Source of the DNA: a virus
IMG/VR virus record: IMGVR_UViG_3300013014_000020
Span: 32,001 to 96,000 of that record
Strand: one strand, 5' to 3'
DNA: 64,000 bases
A program made the translations under genes and the position numbers. Every line of letters starts with the position of its first letter. The stretch's first letter is position 1. The notes below the pieces were generated by a model. The model saw nothing but the letters and a program-made list of their open reading frames with translations, had not been told where the DNA came from and ran no database searches. Of this stretch, positions 1 to 8,800 are shown one piece after another.

Positions 1-745
1 CGATAAAAACTCTATCCTCCATTAAAGCTTGAACTTCATACCACCTATTATTTTGTCCAAGAAATTCTTGAGTTGGTGGTATTGTTACATATTGTGTTCC
101 TTCTTTTATTAGTACACTTGTTATACCTAATACATTTTTTTCCGGTAAAAATAATTCATAAAAAGGTCTAACGTCATTAGGTGTTACAACTTTTTTAAAT
201 ACCTTTGTTACACCATTAACAACAACTTCACGTTTAATAATTGTGTAGTTTATTATTTTTCCGTTTGAATCAAAATTAGGTATTTTTAATCGATTTGGTG
301 AGCCCTCGGCATTTACAGCGGATGAAAAATCAATATCATAAACAGTTTCAAATGGTTGTCCGGCGCCAAGAACTTGCGCTCCTCTTCTTAATACACCACA
401 GTAACTTAAATTTTCTTTATCACCAAAGGCTGGTACTGTGATTGAAAAATCAACAAGTGCGACGGAAGGTCTTTGTCCCGGAATTTTTAAACCGTAAGTC
501 CTTGCGATATTAAAAACTGAAGATCTTTGTTGTGCATACTGAAGGACAGTCTCTTGGATACTTCTATCAATGTGAAATTGTAGGTTGTCTGTAACGGCGG
601 CGTTTAAGTCTAAAAACACCGAAAAAATACCGGCGTCGTTAAAGTTTTGTACAAGGTCTGGATAATACTGTCTTGTAAAATTAATAAGTTCGGTTCTTAT
701 TCCTTGAAAGTCCCTTGTTGTGTACGATATTTTCTTTTCTGCCAT
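1..745 (-). CDS. Baseplate wedge subunit, T4 gp6-like (runs off the window edge)
   Basis: Not in the ORF track. Manual translation from ATG at 745 gives MAEKKISYTTRDFQGIRTELINFTRQYYPDLVQNFNDAGIFSVFLDLNAAVTDNLQFHIDRSIQETVLQYAQQRSSVFNIARTYG, the typical gp6-like N-terminus. It directly follows a gp25-like gene. Confidence 0.85.
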   Translation of the reverse strand, partial: MAEKKISYTTRDFQGIRTELINFTRQYYPDLVQNFNDAGIFSVFLDLNAAVTDNLQFHIDRSIQETVLQYAQQRSSVFNIARTYGLKIPGQRPSVALVDFSITVPAFGDKENLSYCGVLRRGAQVLGAGQPFETVYDIDFSSAVNAEGSPNRLKIPNFDSNGKIINYTIIKREVVVNGVTKVFKKVVTPNDVRPFYELFLPEKNVLGITSVLIKEGTQYVTIPPTQEFLGQNNRWYEVQALMEDRVFI

Positions 746-749
746 TTTT

Positions 750-1211
750 TTAAATATTAAGTATTACAAAATCACTTGATTCAAAGGCACTATTTGTAAC
801 CTTATAATCAATTTTTACTCTTGCTGTATATTCTTTTTGTGATAACCCAGGTACACGAAACTCTCTTTGACCTTCTGAATTAATATATGTTGCTCCTGGG
901 TCTTCTAAATCAGCAGTAGCTTCTTTTATTTCAACATTTGTTACTAAAACACCGGGCATATATCTTCCAACACTATCTCTAATTTCAGATTCAACATCAG
1001 AAAATGTTGGTCCATCTAATGGTTCAAAAATAAATTCATATAATCTTGTTCCAAAATCTGGTAAAAAATACCTAGTTCCTTTCCTTGTTAAAAGTAAGTG
1101 TATTAAATTACTTCTAATTTCATCATCAGCAGTTGGTGTAACACCAAGATACTTACCAAGTGATGATTGTTCAAAGGGAAATGCTAAACCATATGTTGTA
1201 CCGTATGCCAT
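750..1211 (-). CDS. Baseplate wedge protein, gp25/GPW-like (sheath initiator)
   Basis: IRSNLIHLLLTRKGTRYFLPDFGTRLYEFIFEP matches the GPW_gp25 motif; adjacent to the gp6-like gene. Confidence 0.9.
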   Translation of the reverse strand: MAYGTTYGLAFPFEQSSLGKYLGVTPTADDEIRSNLIHLLLTRKGTRYFLPDFGTRLYEFIFEPLDGPTFSDVESEIRDSVGRYMPGVLVTNVEIKEATADLEDPGATYINSEGQREFRVPGLSQKEYTARVKIDYKVTNSAFESSDFVILNI

Positions 1212-1261
1212 ATAACATAAATATACATTATAGTGATTTTGAATAAATAATTAAAATCTAT

Positions 1262-2029
1262 TTATAATTGTCTGGCAACTTGATCAATCGCACACCAATG
1301 TGGTTTGTCACACCCTGTTTTTTTTGTACTTGTTGGATTGCTTACAATCCCCAATCCTGCCGCCGCATATGAACCAACCCATACATTACTTTCTGGTAAA
1401 CCTAGTTTTACTGCGGAAGTAACACTTTGTTTTGCTGAAGAATGTGGTTCAATAACATATAAATTATTTAGACTTTTATTAAGTAATTTTAACTTTCTTG
1501 CAAATTTTTCAGAATATGCACAACCAGCACTAAAAAGTAAAACATAACTATTTGGTTCTGACTCTAAAGCTCTTAATGCGTTTTCATTATCTGTATGTGA
1601 ATATCCTTCAACATCAGCATTAATTTTTAAATTGTCACTAACTCTTTTTGTTTGTTTTTTTACTGGTTCGTCACTACTTCTATTATGTAATCCAGAAACA
1701 AATATTACGTTTTTTATTTTACCGTCTTTTTTTTCTTCAGTATCTTTTTCTTCTTTATCTTTAGTGATTTTTACGTCTTTTTTAATATCTTCAATTTTAT
1801 TTTTAATTTCTTTATTTGTTGGTACTTCATCAATTTTAATATCGTCTTTCTTGTCGAAATCAATCCCGGTCAAACCTTTAAACACCTCTTTAGTTTTGTC
1901 TTTAGCTGTTTTATATGAAGACTTTACAAAATCTAAAGCATCATCATACCAAGCTTCGTTTAACACATCATTTTCTGTATATTTTTCAATAATTCTTTTT
2001 AATTGACTTTCTGTGATTTTTATTTTCAT
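1262..2029 (-). CDS. Putative head-packaged protein with a C-terminal alpha/beta-hydrolase-like domain
   Basis: N-terminus MKIKITESQLKRIIE...LNE, then a charged linker, then VIFVSGL...LLFSAGC (nucleophile-elbow-like)...HW. Confidence 0.5.
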   Translation of the reverse strand: MKIKITESQLKRIIEKYTENDVLNEAWYDDALDFVKSSYKTAKDKTKEVFKGLTGIDFDKKDDIKIDEVPTNKEIKNKIEDIKKDVKITKDKEEKDTEEKKDGKIKNVIFVSGLHNRSSDEPVKKQTKRVSDNLKINADVEGYSHTDNENALRALESEPNSYVLLFSAGCAYSEKFARKLKLLNKSLNNLYVIEPHSSAKQSVTSAVKLGLPESNVWVGSYAAAGLGIVSNPTSTKKTGCDKPHWCAIDQVARQL

Positions 2030-2057
2030 AACACTTTTATTTAATAAATATAGTGAT

Positions 2058-2086
2058 AAAAAAAAATCCCTACTTTCGTAAGGATT
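2058..2086 (-). terminator. Rho-independent terminator
   Basis: Minus strand AATCCTTAC-GAAA-GTAGGGATT followed by a T run; overlaps the stop of the 2070..2297 ORF. Confidence 0.7.
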
Positions 2087-2297
2087 CTTTTAAATTTGTA
2101 TTACCCCTTTCATATAAGGGTTCGTAGGGACAATGTCTACAATTATTTCCACAGCATTTGCCTCGTTTCATATGAAAAGATTCTGTCATAACAATATTTC
2201 CAGAATCATCTTTATAAAAGTCTTGTTCTGGAGTTTTTTTTGTTGTCTCTTGAACGTATAACTGTTGTACCCAGTCTTTTGATGCGTTTACTGTCAT
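2070..2297 (-). CDS. DUF5522-like small Cys-rich protein
   Basis: VMTESFHMKRGKCCGNNCRHCPY signature. Confidence 0.8.
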   Translation of the reverse strand: MTVNASKDWVQQLYVQETTKKTPEQDFYKDDSGNIVMTESFHMKRGKCCGNNCRHCPYEPLYERGNTNLKESLRK

Positions 2298-2298
2298 T

Positions 2299-2379
2299 TT
2301 AGTTTTGTTTTCTTTGGTTATAGAACGCTAACAATACTTGATATGTTAGCGTTACATTGTTTCCCCAGGTTATTTTCAT
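2299..2379 (-). CDS. Putative 26-aa microprotein
   Basis: ATG..TAA ORF MKITWGNNVTLTYQVLLAFYNQRKQN fills the gap between the HNH and DUF5522 genes almost exactly. Confidence 0.4.
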   Translation of the reverse strand: MKITWGNNVTLTYQVLLAFYNQRKQN

Positions 2380-2383
2380 AATA

Positions 2384-2944
2384 TTAAATATTTTCTTTTT
2401 TATTTTCAACAACTAATTTACATACATTATAAAATTCTTCGTAAGATAAGTCTCTCTTCATAATGTTAACGTTTTTATGAACCCAAACAACATTAGATTT
2501 TTCATAACCAATTTTACTGTCTATTCTTTCTAAAGATGCTGTTTTATCTTTAAATGTTATTGGTAATCCGGTGTAAAAACATTTACCATTTTGTCTATTG
2601 TAAAGTTCGGATATAAACTCAATTGTGAGATTAAAATTTATGTTTCTTAATCTAGCCCCTCTTTCAATTTTTGAAAGTTTCTCTCCTGGAACTTTACCAT
2701 ATCCTTTCCAAGCAGGGTTTTTTTCTTCTTTCAAAGAATTACCACAAACAGAACATTTTTTTGAAGTGCCACTAATCAAATTGTATGCTGGAACATATTT
2801 TTCGGTTTTATCGCACTCTAAACAACGACACAAAACTTTGGCTTCTCTGTCTATTTGTAGTTTTTCCCCAATAACCAACCATTTTCCATATTTTTGTCCT
2901 AACTGAAAAAAATTGTCATATTTACTAATACCTTTACGTCCCAT
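2384..2944 (-). CDS. Free-standing HNH-type homing endonuclease
   Basis: CxC..C and CxxC pairs, NPAWKG motif, and CFYTG...SLERIDSKIGYEKSNVVWVHKNVNIMK (phage HNH variant); lies directly downstream of nrdJ. Confidence 0.8.
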   Translation of the reverse strand: MGRKGISKYDNFFQLGQKYGKWLVIGEKLQIDREAKVLCRCLECDKTEKYVPAYNLISGTSKKCSVCGNSLKEEKNPAWKGYGKVPGEKLSKIERGARLRNINFNLTIEFISELYNRQNGKCFYTGLPITFKDKTASLERIDSKIGYEKSNVVWVHKNVNIMKRDLSYEEFYNVCKLVVENKKENI

Positions 2945-2952
2945 ATATAATA

Positions 2953-2999
2953 AATATTAGAATGGTGAGTAAAGTTTAATTTATCACCATTCTAATATT
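2953..2999 (-). promoter_or_regulatory. 16-bp perfect inverted repeat in the leader of the HNH gene
   Basis: AATATTAGAATGGTGA (2953-2968) and TCACCATTCTAATATT (2984-2999); the arm ends 8 nt before the HNH ATG. Confidence 0.7.
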
Positions 3000-3008
3000 A
3001 AAATTTAA

Positions 3009-4868
3009 TTATATAATCTCACATCCTGACGCTCCACAAGCGATTTCACCGCTTAGGTTGGTATTATCCTGTAATTCAATTACTTTAGTTAAGTCAATAT
3101 TGGTTAATGATCTAACTAATTTTTCATACTCTTCTTTAGAACAATCGGTAAAAGGTGCCTGTTTGTAAGTATGGTTTGAATAGGGTAATACTGATAAGCC
3201 GTTGTAAAATTTTCTTGATTTCCACATCCAGTCTCCAACTAAATCCCATTCGTCTTCTTTAATTGAGATTGTCGCTGATACATTGTGTGTGTTTTGTCCT
3301 GTTCTATGTCCATTTCTAATCCACTCTTGAGATACTTTTTTCACTCTTTCTAGTATTTGAAATACTGATTCATATCTCAAAATTGATCCTTCCGGTGACA
3401 TCTGTGGTATTGTAATTACCGCGGTATCGTGTGGTCTAAAAAACTCATCTTCCACAAGTTCTGGGTGATTTATTGCAAGATATGTATAAATTGCCTCATT
3501 TTTTCCAACACGGATTCTTCTTAAATAATAATCATTATGCCAAGCGTGAATACCAGATGCCGTACCTAAAACCAATGATGATGTGCCAGATGGTTTTACA
3601 GTCGTTGTACGGGCAGCTTTGTTAATGCCAATTAAATTTGCAACTCTTTCGTTTTCTTCTTTAACGGCTTGAGCTGCTGCTTTCATATCATAACCCAACA
3701 CAACACCTGATCCAATTCCAGTCATTCCAATACCAATAAGTGCATCTTTTTCTGTTGTTCTTTTCCAAACATCTCTCAAGTAATGGAAGTCTGTATAACC
3801 CGCTTGTAGTGTTCCGATGAATGCCGCACCTTTAACTCTATTTTCAAAATCTTCTTGAGATTCCAAATCTGAAGCGTTCACTTCACATAGATTACAGAAT
3901 TGGTATGGACGTAAACCGATTTCACAACAAGGATTTGTTCCCCAATCTTTATCGTTTGATAAATAAATCCCTGGTTCACCAGCACCTGATAATTCAATTC
4001 TTTTCCAAAGACCCATAAAGTATTCTTGTGTTACTTTATGTCTTAATAGAACAGCAGAATTGTTTGCTCTACCTCTTTGTGGGTTTGATTCCCACCAATT
4101 TCCAGATTTACAAGAAATCATTTCATCATCATCAGCTGAAAATAATGAGATAAGTGCTGCACGTCTGATTCCTCCTGCTAATACCGCATCAGCAATATGA
4201 CATACGATGTCGTGAGTTTCAATTGGTGTTAATTTATCACCATCGTTTTTGTTTTCCAGCACCTTTGTAATGTGGTGGATACAATCTTTTAATGGTTGAG
4301 GTCCCGGCGCTTTTCCTCCTGATGTTACAAGCATAGCTCCCTTTTGTCTAATATCTGAAAAGTCAAATATTGGTGTTGATGCTTTGTATCCGAAATAAGA
4401 CTCCATTAATACTTTAATAGCATCTGCCCATCCTTCAATAGAATCTCCAATTAAGTATCTTCTTGTTCTTGTTGAGTTTGGTTTTTTAATTTCAGGTAGT
4501 TTATCAACGTGATGTTTTTGAACTGAAAACCCTACTCCTGTTCCACCTAGTAACAAAAACATTGTTTCTGAAAATGCGTCAGTGTGGTCTATCGGCAAAT
4601 AAGCACAGTTATAAACTCTGTTTGGTGAGATTTCAATTGGCTTACCACCAAATTGTAATGATCTCATTGATGGTAAGATTTTCTTATCATATACCATTTT
4701 ATAGACGTTTTCAATTTCGTCTTTAATTTTTGGGTATTTTTTTTGGTGCATTTCCTTATTTCTTGTCACCAATTCTTCCCATGTCTCCCTTCTATTTAAT
4801 TCAGGGACAAATTTAGCGTATTTCATATACACCGTAATATCGCTCAATATTTTTTGTGAAATATCCAT
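3009..4868 (-). CDS. nrdJ: Class II (adenosylcobalamin-dependent, monomeric RTPR-type) ribonucleotide reductase
   Basis: YNCAY, GGTGVGFS, GGIRRAA, GTNPCCEI (catalytic N-x-C-x-E), TTVKPSGT and C-terminal CGASGC redox pair; no small subunit gene nearby. Confidence 0.92.
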   Translation of the reverse strand: MDISQKILSDITVYMKYAKFVPELNRRETWEELVTRNKEMHQKKYPKIKDEIENVYKMVYDKKILPSMRSLQFGGKPIEISPNRVYNCAYLPIDHTDAFSETMFLLLGGTGVGFSVQKHHVDKLPEIKKPNSTRTRRYLIGDSIEGWADAIKVLMESYFGYKASTPIFDFSDIRQKGAMLVTSGGKAPGPQPLKDCIHHITKVLENKNDGDKLTPIETHDIVCHIADAVLAGGIRRAALISLFSADDDEMISCKSGNWWESNPQRGRANNSAVLLRHKVTQEYFMGLWKRIELSGAGEPGIYLSNDKDWGTNPCCEIGLRPYQFCNLCEVNASDLESQEDFENRVKGAAFIGTLQAGYTDFHYLRDVWKRTTEKDALIGIGMTGIGSGVVLGYDMKAAAQAVKEENERVANLIGINKAARTTTVKPSGTSSLVLGTASGIHAWHNDYYLRRIRVGKNEAIYTYLAINHPELVEDEFFRPHDTAVITIPQMSPEGSILRYESVFQILERVKKVSQEWIRNGHRTGQNTHNVSATISIKEDEWDLVGDWMWKSRKFYNGLSVLPYSNHTYKQAPFTDCSKEEYEKLVRSLTNIDLTKVIELQDNTNLSGEIACGASGCEII

Positions 4869-4892
4869 TTTTTACAAATTTAATTATTTTAT

Positions 4893-6281
4893 TTAAGATT
4901 TTTGTTTTTCTTGTTCTCTTTGTTGTCTTTTTTCCAACAATTCTTTAACTCTTTGTCTTTGTCGTTCTTCTTTTTGTTCTTCTAAACCTAAGAATGTAGT
5001 TGTTGATTCAGTATCAATTTCAATCATCGCATTATCAAATTTACAATTTTCAAACACCACACCGTCATCTCCAATACGAGATTTGGTAATTGCTATTGTG
5101 GCTAATTTCATTTCTTTTTGTTGTAATGTCTTTGCTACTGAAATAATAACGTGTCCAACTTGTGCTTTCTTGATAGAACCACCCATTTGGTCTGTTGTAA
5201 CAACTTCTGACGAAATAGAAGCTCTATTTCCCTGTGTTGCCGTCCAACCAACAAGGTTTAATTCGTGACACATAGCTTCAAAACCTCTCATTACAGATCC
5301 TTCACTTTTCCACTCATCACCTAGGTTTTTATCTGGAACAACACAATCAATGTAGTCTAAAACAACCATATCTATTTTAACACCGTCTGCAATCATTTTT
5401 CTTATTTCATTTTTAATTTGCAACATAGTTTTTGTATCAGATGGTAGTTTCTTTAAGATTAACTCATTTGGCATCGTCTCCTTGATTTCGTTTACTTTTT
5501 TCATCACCTCTTCCTTTTTTTCTGACAATTCGTCAGGGTGAATCTTTGTCCAGAGAATAAAATGTTTTCTCTGTATCACTTTTGGGTTGTCTTCAAAAAA
5601 TACTTGAAGAACGTTAAATCCTAGGTTAAATGCGTGGTTTGAAATCTTTGTAAGAATGGTTGATTTACCTACACCGGTAGGTGCTAATATTACACCAATT
5701 TCCCCTTTTGCTAGTCCTCCTTTCAACAATCTATCAATACCTGGTATTCCCATTGGTATTGGGTGTCTATAGTCTTCGTCTAGTACTTGATCTAGGTTTG
5801 AAAAAACATCTAACATTGATGTGTCTTTTGACCCAACAAGTAATGCATCTCTTACTAATTCTTCTAGTGTGTCGTAGTTTTCAAACTCACCTCCGTCTAT
5901 AATCTTTTGAGCCTTTTTCATTACTTTCTGTAACTCTTGTTGTTTACAGAATTTAAGTGCCTTTTCTTGTACGAAATCCACTCCGTCGATAGGTGCAGAC
6001 TTGATTTTCTTAACTGTATCAAGTACAACCTTAACAGCGGTTTCTTGTTGTAATTCGGATTTTGCGACTTGTTCTAAAGTATCAAATGATGGTGTGTGAT
6101 CATACTTTTTATAGTATTCTTTTATCATTTGAATAATAATTTTGAAATACTTGTTTTCAAAATAATTGTTTTCAATTACGTCAATAATCGAATGTGAAAA
6201 GTCTTTGTCTACAATGATTTGATTAAGTAATTGTATTTGAAAATTGTTGCCAAGATATTCAAAGTTTTTGTTTGTCGCCAT
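4893..6281 (-). CDS. Replicative DNA helicase, DnaB/T4 gp41-like
   Basis: Walker A APTGVGKS, Walker B VVLDYID, WTATQGNR, and KSRIG arginine finger. Confidence 0.92.
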   Translation of the reverse strand: MATNKNFEYLGNNFQIQLLNQIIVDKDFSHSIIDVIENNYFENKYFKIIIQMIKEYYKKYDHTPSFDTLEQVAKSELQQETAVKVVLDTVKKIKSAPIDGVDFVQEKALKFCKQQELQKVMKKAQKIIDGGEFENYDTLEELVRDALLVGSKDTSMLDVFSNLDQVLDEDYRHPIPMGIPGIDRLLKGGLAKGEIGVILAPTGVGKSTILTKISNHAFNLGFNVLQVFFEDNPKVIQRKHFILWTKIHPDELSEKKEEVMKKVNEIKETMPNELILKKLPSDTKTMLQIKNEIRKMIADGVKIDMVVLDYIDCVVPDKNLGDEWKSEGSVMRGFEAMCHELNLVGWTATQGNRASISSEVVTTDQMGGSIKKAQVGHVIISVAKTLQQKEMKLATIAITKSRIGDDGVVFENCKFDNAMIEIDTESTTTFLGLEEQKEERQRQRVKELLEKRQQREQEKQKS

Positions 6282-6314
6282 AATTTTTCCTTTTATCAGT
6301 AAAGATAAATACTA

Positions 6315-6764
6315 TTAGTTTTGAATAAATTGTGGATAAAAATAATTAAATTTTCTACCTGAAAAAATGTCAGTAAGTTCAGATAATATACTTTTCAGCT
6401 TTGGGCGTAGGTCTACGGTATATCTGACCTTTGGGGGGTATACTTTTGCGTCAAATGTTCTCTGACAAATTGTCATATTTTCAACCTTAATGTAAAGGTT
6501 AAAATTTTCTTGTCCTTCTGTAATTGAAGTGTTTAATACGTCAGGATTTTCCATAATCTCATACTGGTTTTCCATCATATAAACAACTGACCTCATTTTT
6601 AAATCATACTGAAGTTCATTACAAAATGTTCTAATGTAATCATAGAATTGTTCTGACTTGTGTGCATTTTTGTTAAATCCTTTTACATTAAAGAATCTTT
6701 GTACCACAATGTTGTCGTTACACATCAGAATAAACTCTACTTTTGTTACGTCTTGTTCTTTCAT
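6315..6764 (-). CDS. Hypothetical protein in the replication operon
   Basis: 149-aa ORF packed between the helicase and exonuclease genes. Confidence 0.7.
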   Translation of the reverse strand: MKEQDVTKVEFILMCNDNIVVQRFFNVKGFNKNAHKSEQFYDYIRTFCNELQYDLKMRSVVYMMENQYEIMENPDVLNTSITEGQENFNLYIKVENMTICQRTFDAKVYPPKVRYTVDLRPKLKSILSELTDIFSGRKFNYFYPQFIQN

Positions 6765-6768
6765 TTTT

Positions 6769-7785
6769 TTACTTTTTTGTTTTGTTTCTAAAATTTGTTT
6801 TTTCTTTTCTTGATAGTTTTAAAAATGGTTTTAAAAAATTTACCCAAGCGTCATCACCTTTTGGGAGAAATTTGAAGAATCCGTCGTCCATCATCATTCT
6901 AATTAGATTTCTATGTCCTCGTCCGTCAGGATCCAATGACTCTGAATAGTATAGTCTAACCAGTTCTTTTCCATCATCTGATATTAATGGATTAGCTAAA
7001 TCCACTAATTTTTCATTGATTGTGAAAAACTCCTCTCCAAATATTCCCTCTTTGGTTTTTCCGCTTAGGAGATTTTGTAAGGCAACATTTCCTTTTTGTT
7101 CTGAAAGTAAACTTTCTGCCTTTGTTAAAATATCGGTATATTTTAATTCAGTATCAAGTATTTCAGGAAACAATTTAAGAAATGTTTTTTCACCCAAATA
7201 AAAAATTCCGTCAATATTATCCGAACTATCACCGGTTAATATTTTGTAAGTCATAACATTATAATGTGGTATTTCTGACGCATCCATTTTAATACCATCA
7301 CCATTCTTATAATATCGTTTTTGTTGGGGTGAATATATAGTTACCTTCTCGGAAATTAATTGTGTTAAATCTCTATCAGAAGAAAAAATGGTCTTATCTT
7401 CATCCTGGGATATTTGACAATAGTAAGCTATCAAGTCGTCGGCCTCCGACTGTTCAACTTCTAATTGTCTAACAAACATTTCTTCTAGGTATTGTTTTAC
7501 TCTATTCTTTTGAGTAATAAAAGATTGTTCTTTAAAATCTTCGTCGTTTTTTTGTTTTCGATTAAGCTTGTACTTGGGGTAGATAAGTCTTCTTTGTGAA
7601 GATCCAGTTTCACTATCCCAAAATACAACAACTTTATTATAATTACTTTCCTCTAAAAATCGTCTTAAAGTATTTAAAAAATGCCAAGTACCACCAACGT
7701 GTTCTCCTTTGTTAAAAAAGTCTCTAACACCGTGAAATCCAATTTTTAATAGATTATTTCCGTCAACTAATAAAGTTTTAGTCAT
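6769..7785 (-). CDS. 5'-3' exonuclease / flap endonuclease (T4 RNase H, PolI N-terminal type)
   Basis: LLVDGNNL, YKLNR, EADDLIA, SSDRDLTQL and GDSSDNIDG motifs. Confidence 0.92.
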   Translation of the reverse strand: MTKTLLVDGNNLLKIGFHGVRDFFNKGEHVGGTWHFLNTLRRFLEESNYNKVVVFWDSETGSSQRRLIYPKYKLNRKQKNDEDFKEQSFITQKNRVKQYLEEMFVRQLEVEQSEADDLIAYYCQISQDEDKTIFSSDRDLTQLISEKVTIYSPQQKRYYKNGDGIKMDASEIPHYNVMTYKILTGDSSDNIDGIFYLGEKTFLKLFPEILDTELKYTDILTKAESLLSEQKGNVALQNLLSGKTKEGIFGEEFFTINEKLVDLANPLISDDGKELVRLYYSESLDPDGRGHRNLIRMMMDDGFFKFLPKGDDAWVNFLKPFLKLSRKEKTNFRNKTKK

Positions 7786-8800
7786 TAGTTGTTTCGTTTA
7801 TTGGGTTTGACAACACCGATTCTTTTTCTACAATGTAATCACCAAGAAATTCACTAAAGATAGCTTCCATTACAGGCACACAAATTGAGTTACCAGCTAA
7901 AGATACGTGTCCCTTTGTTGATAACGATGTTGTAAGTAACAAATCTATGTCTTCATCACGAACACCCATAAATCTATAACCCTCTCTTGCTGTGATATTT
8001 CTTACTCTACCGTCTTCAGTCATAATTTGTGGTGACCCACTTGTTGTAAGACAAGGTGAACAACCGTCAACAGAGTAAATTCTTCTTGCCTGATCATAAC
8101 TTACATCATCTCTTCTTGCAATTAATCGACAAACAGAGTTACCTTTTGGTTGATGGTTGGTATATTGACAATCAATAAATAATTCTGGGTCCTGTGTGTC
8201 TTCAATAAAAGGTCTCATCGGAACTCTTGTTTTTTTGTGATTGTCAACATTTTCCATTCTTTGTTTTACATCTTCTTTTTCACCATCTAAAACTGAAATC
8301 ATAAACACCCTTTCTCTATTTTGTGGACAACCAAAGTCGGCTCCATTTAAGATTTTCCAATACGATGTATAACCTAGTCCACGAAGAAAATAAATGTGTT
8401 TTTTAAAATTTTCATAGTGATTTTTAGATACAAGATTTTTAACATTTTCCATTAACAAATACTTTGGTCTATTTGTTGATAAAATTCTTTCAACATCAAA
8501 TAATAATCCACTTCTTGTTCCTTCTTTAATCCCTCTTTGAACGCCTGAAATTGAAATGTCTTGACAAGGAAAAGAATATGTTAATAGATCACACTGTGGA
8601 AAATTATTGTGGTTGATTTTTGTAATATCACCTAAATTACCCATTTGTGTCTCGTGTAATACATCATAGCACTCATTCGCTTGTTTGAAATTGTCACAGT
8701 TTGCAACATTCTCATAATTAACTCCAATGTATTTAAGTGCTAATTCTTGTGTTCCGTATCCAGAGAACAAAGAAATTAATTTTAATTTATTCTTGCTCAT
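7778..8800 (-). CDS. DNA (cytosine-5)-methyltransferase
   Basis: Motif I LFSGYG, motif IV SFPCQ, motif VI ENV, motif VIII QNRERV, motif X AGNSI. Confidence 0.93.
   Translation of the reverse strand: MSKNKLKLISLFSGYGTQELALKYIGVNYENVANCDNFKQANECYDVLHETQMGNLGDITKINHNNFPQCDLLTYSFPCQDISISGVQRGIKEGTRSGLLFDVERILSTNRPKYLLMENVKNLVSKNHYENFKKHIYFLRGLGYTSYWKILNGADFGCPQNRERVFMISVLDGEKEDVKQRMENVDNHKKTRVPMRPFIEDTQDPELFIDCQYTNHQPKGNSVCRLIARRDDVSYDQARRIYSVDGCSPCLTTSGSPQIMTEDGRVRNITAREGYRFMGVRDEDIDLLLTTSLSTKGHVSLAGNSICVPVMEAIFSEFLGDYIVEKESVLSNPINETTND

Noticed and set aside
3009-6281. Inteins or introns in nrdJ and the helicase (also checked in PolB)
   Set aside because: Lengths are normal, motifs are contiguous, and no splice-junction or LAGLIDADG motifs were seen.
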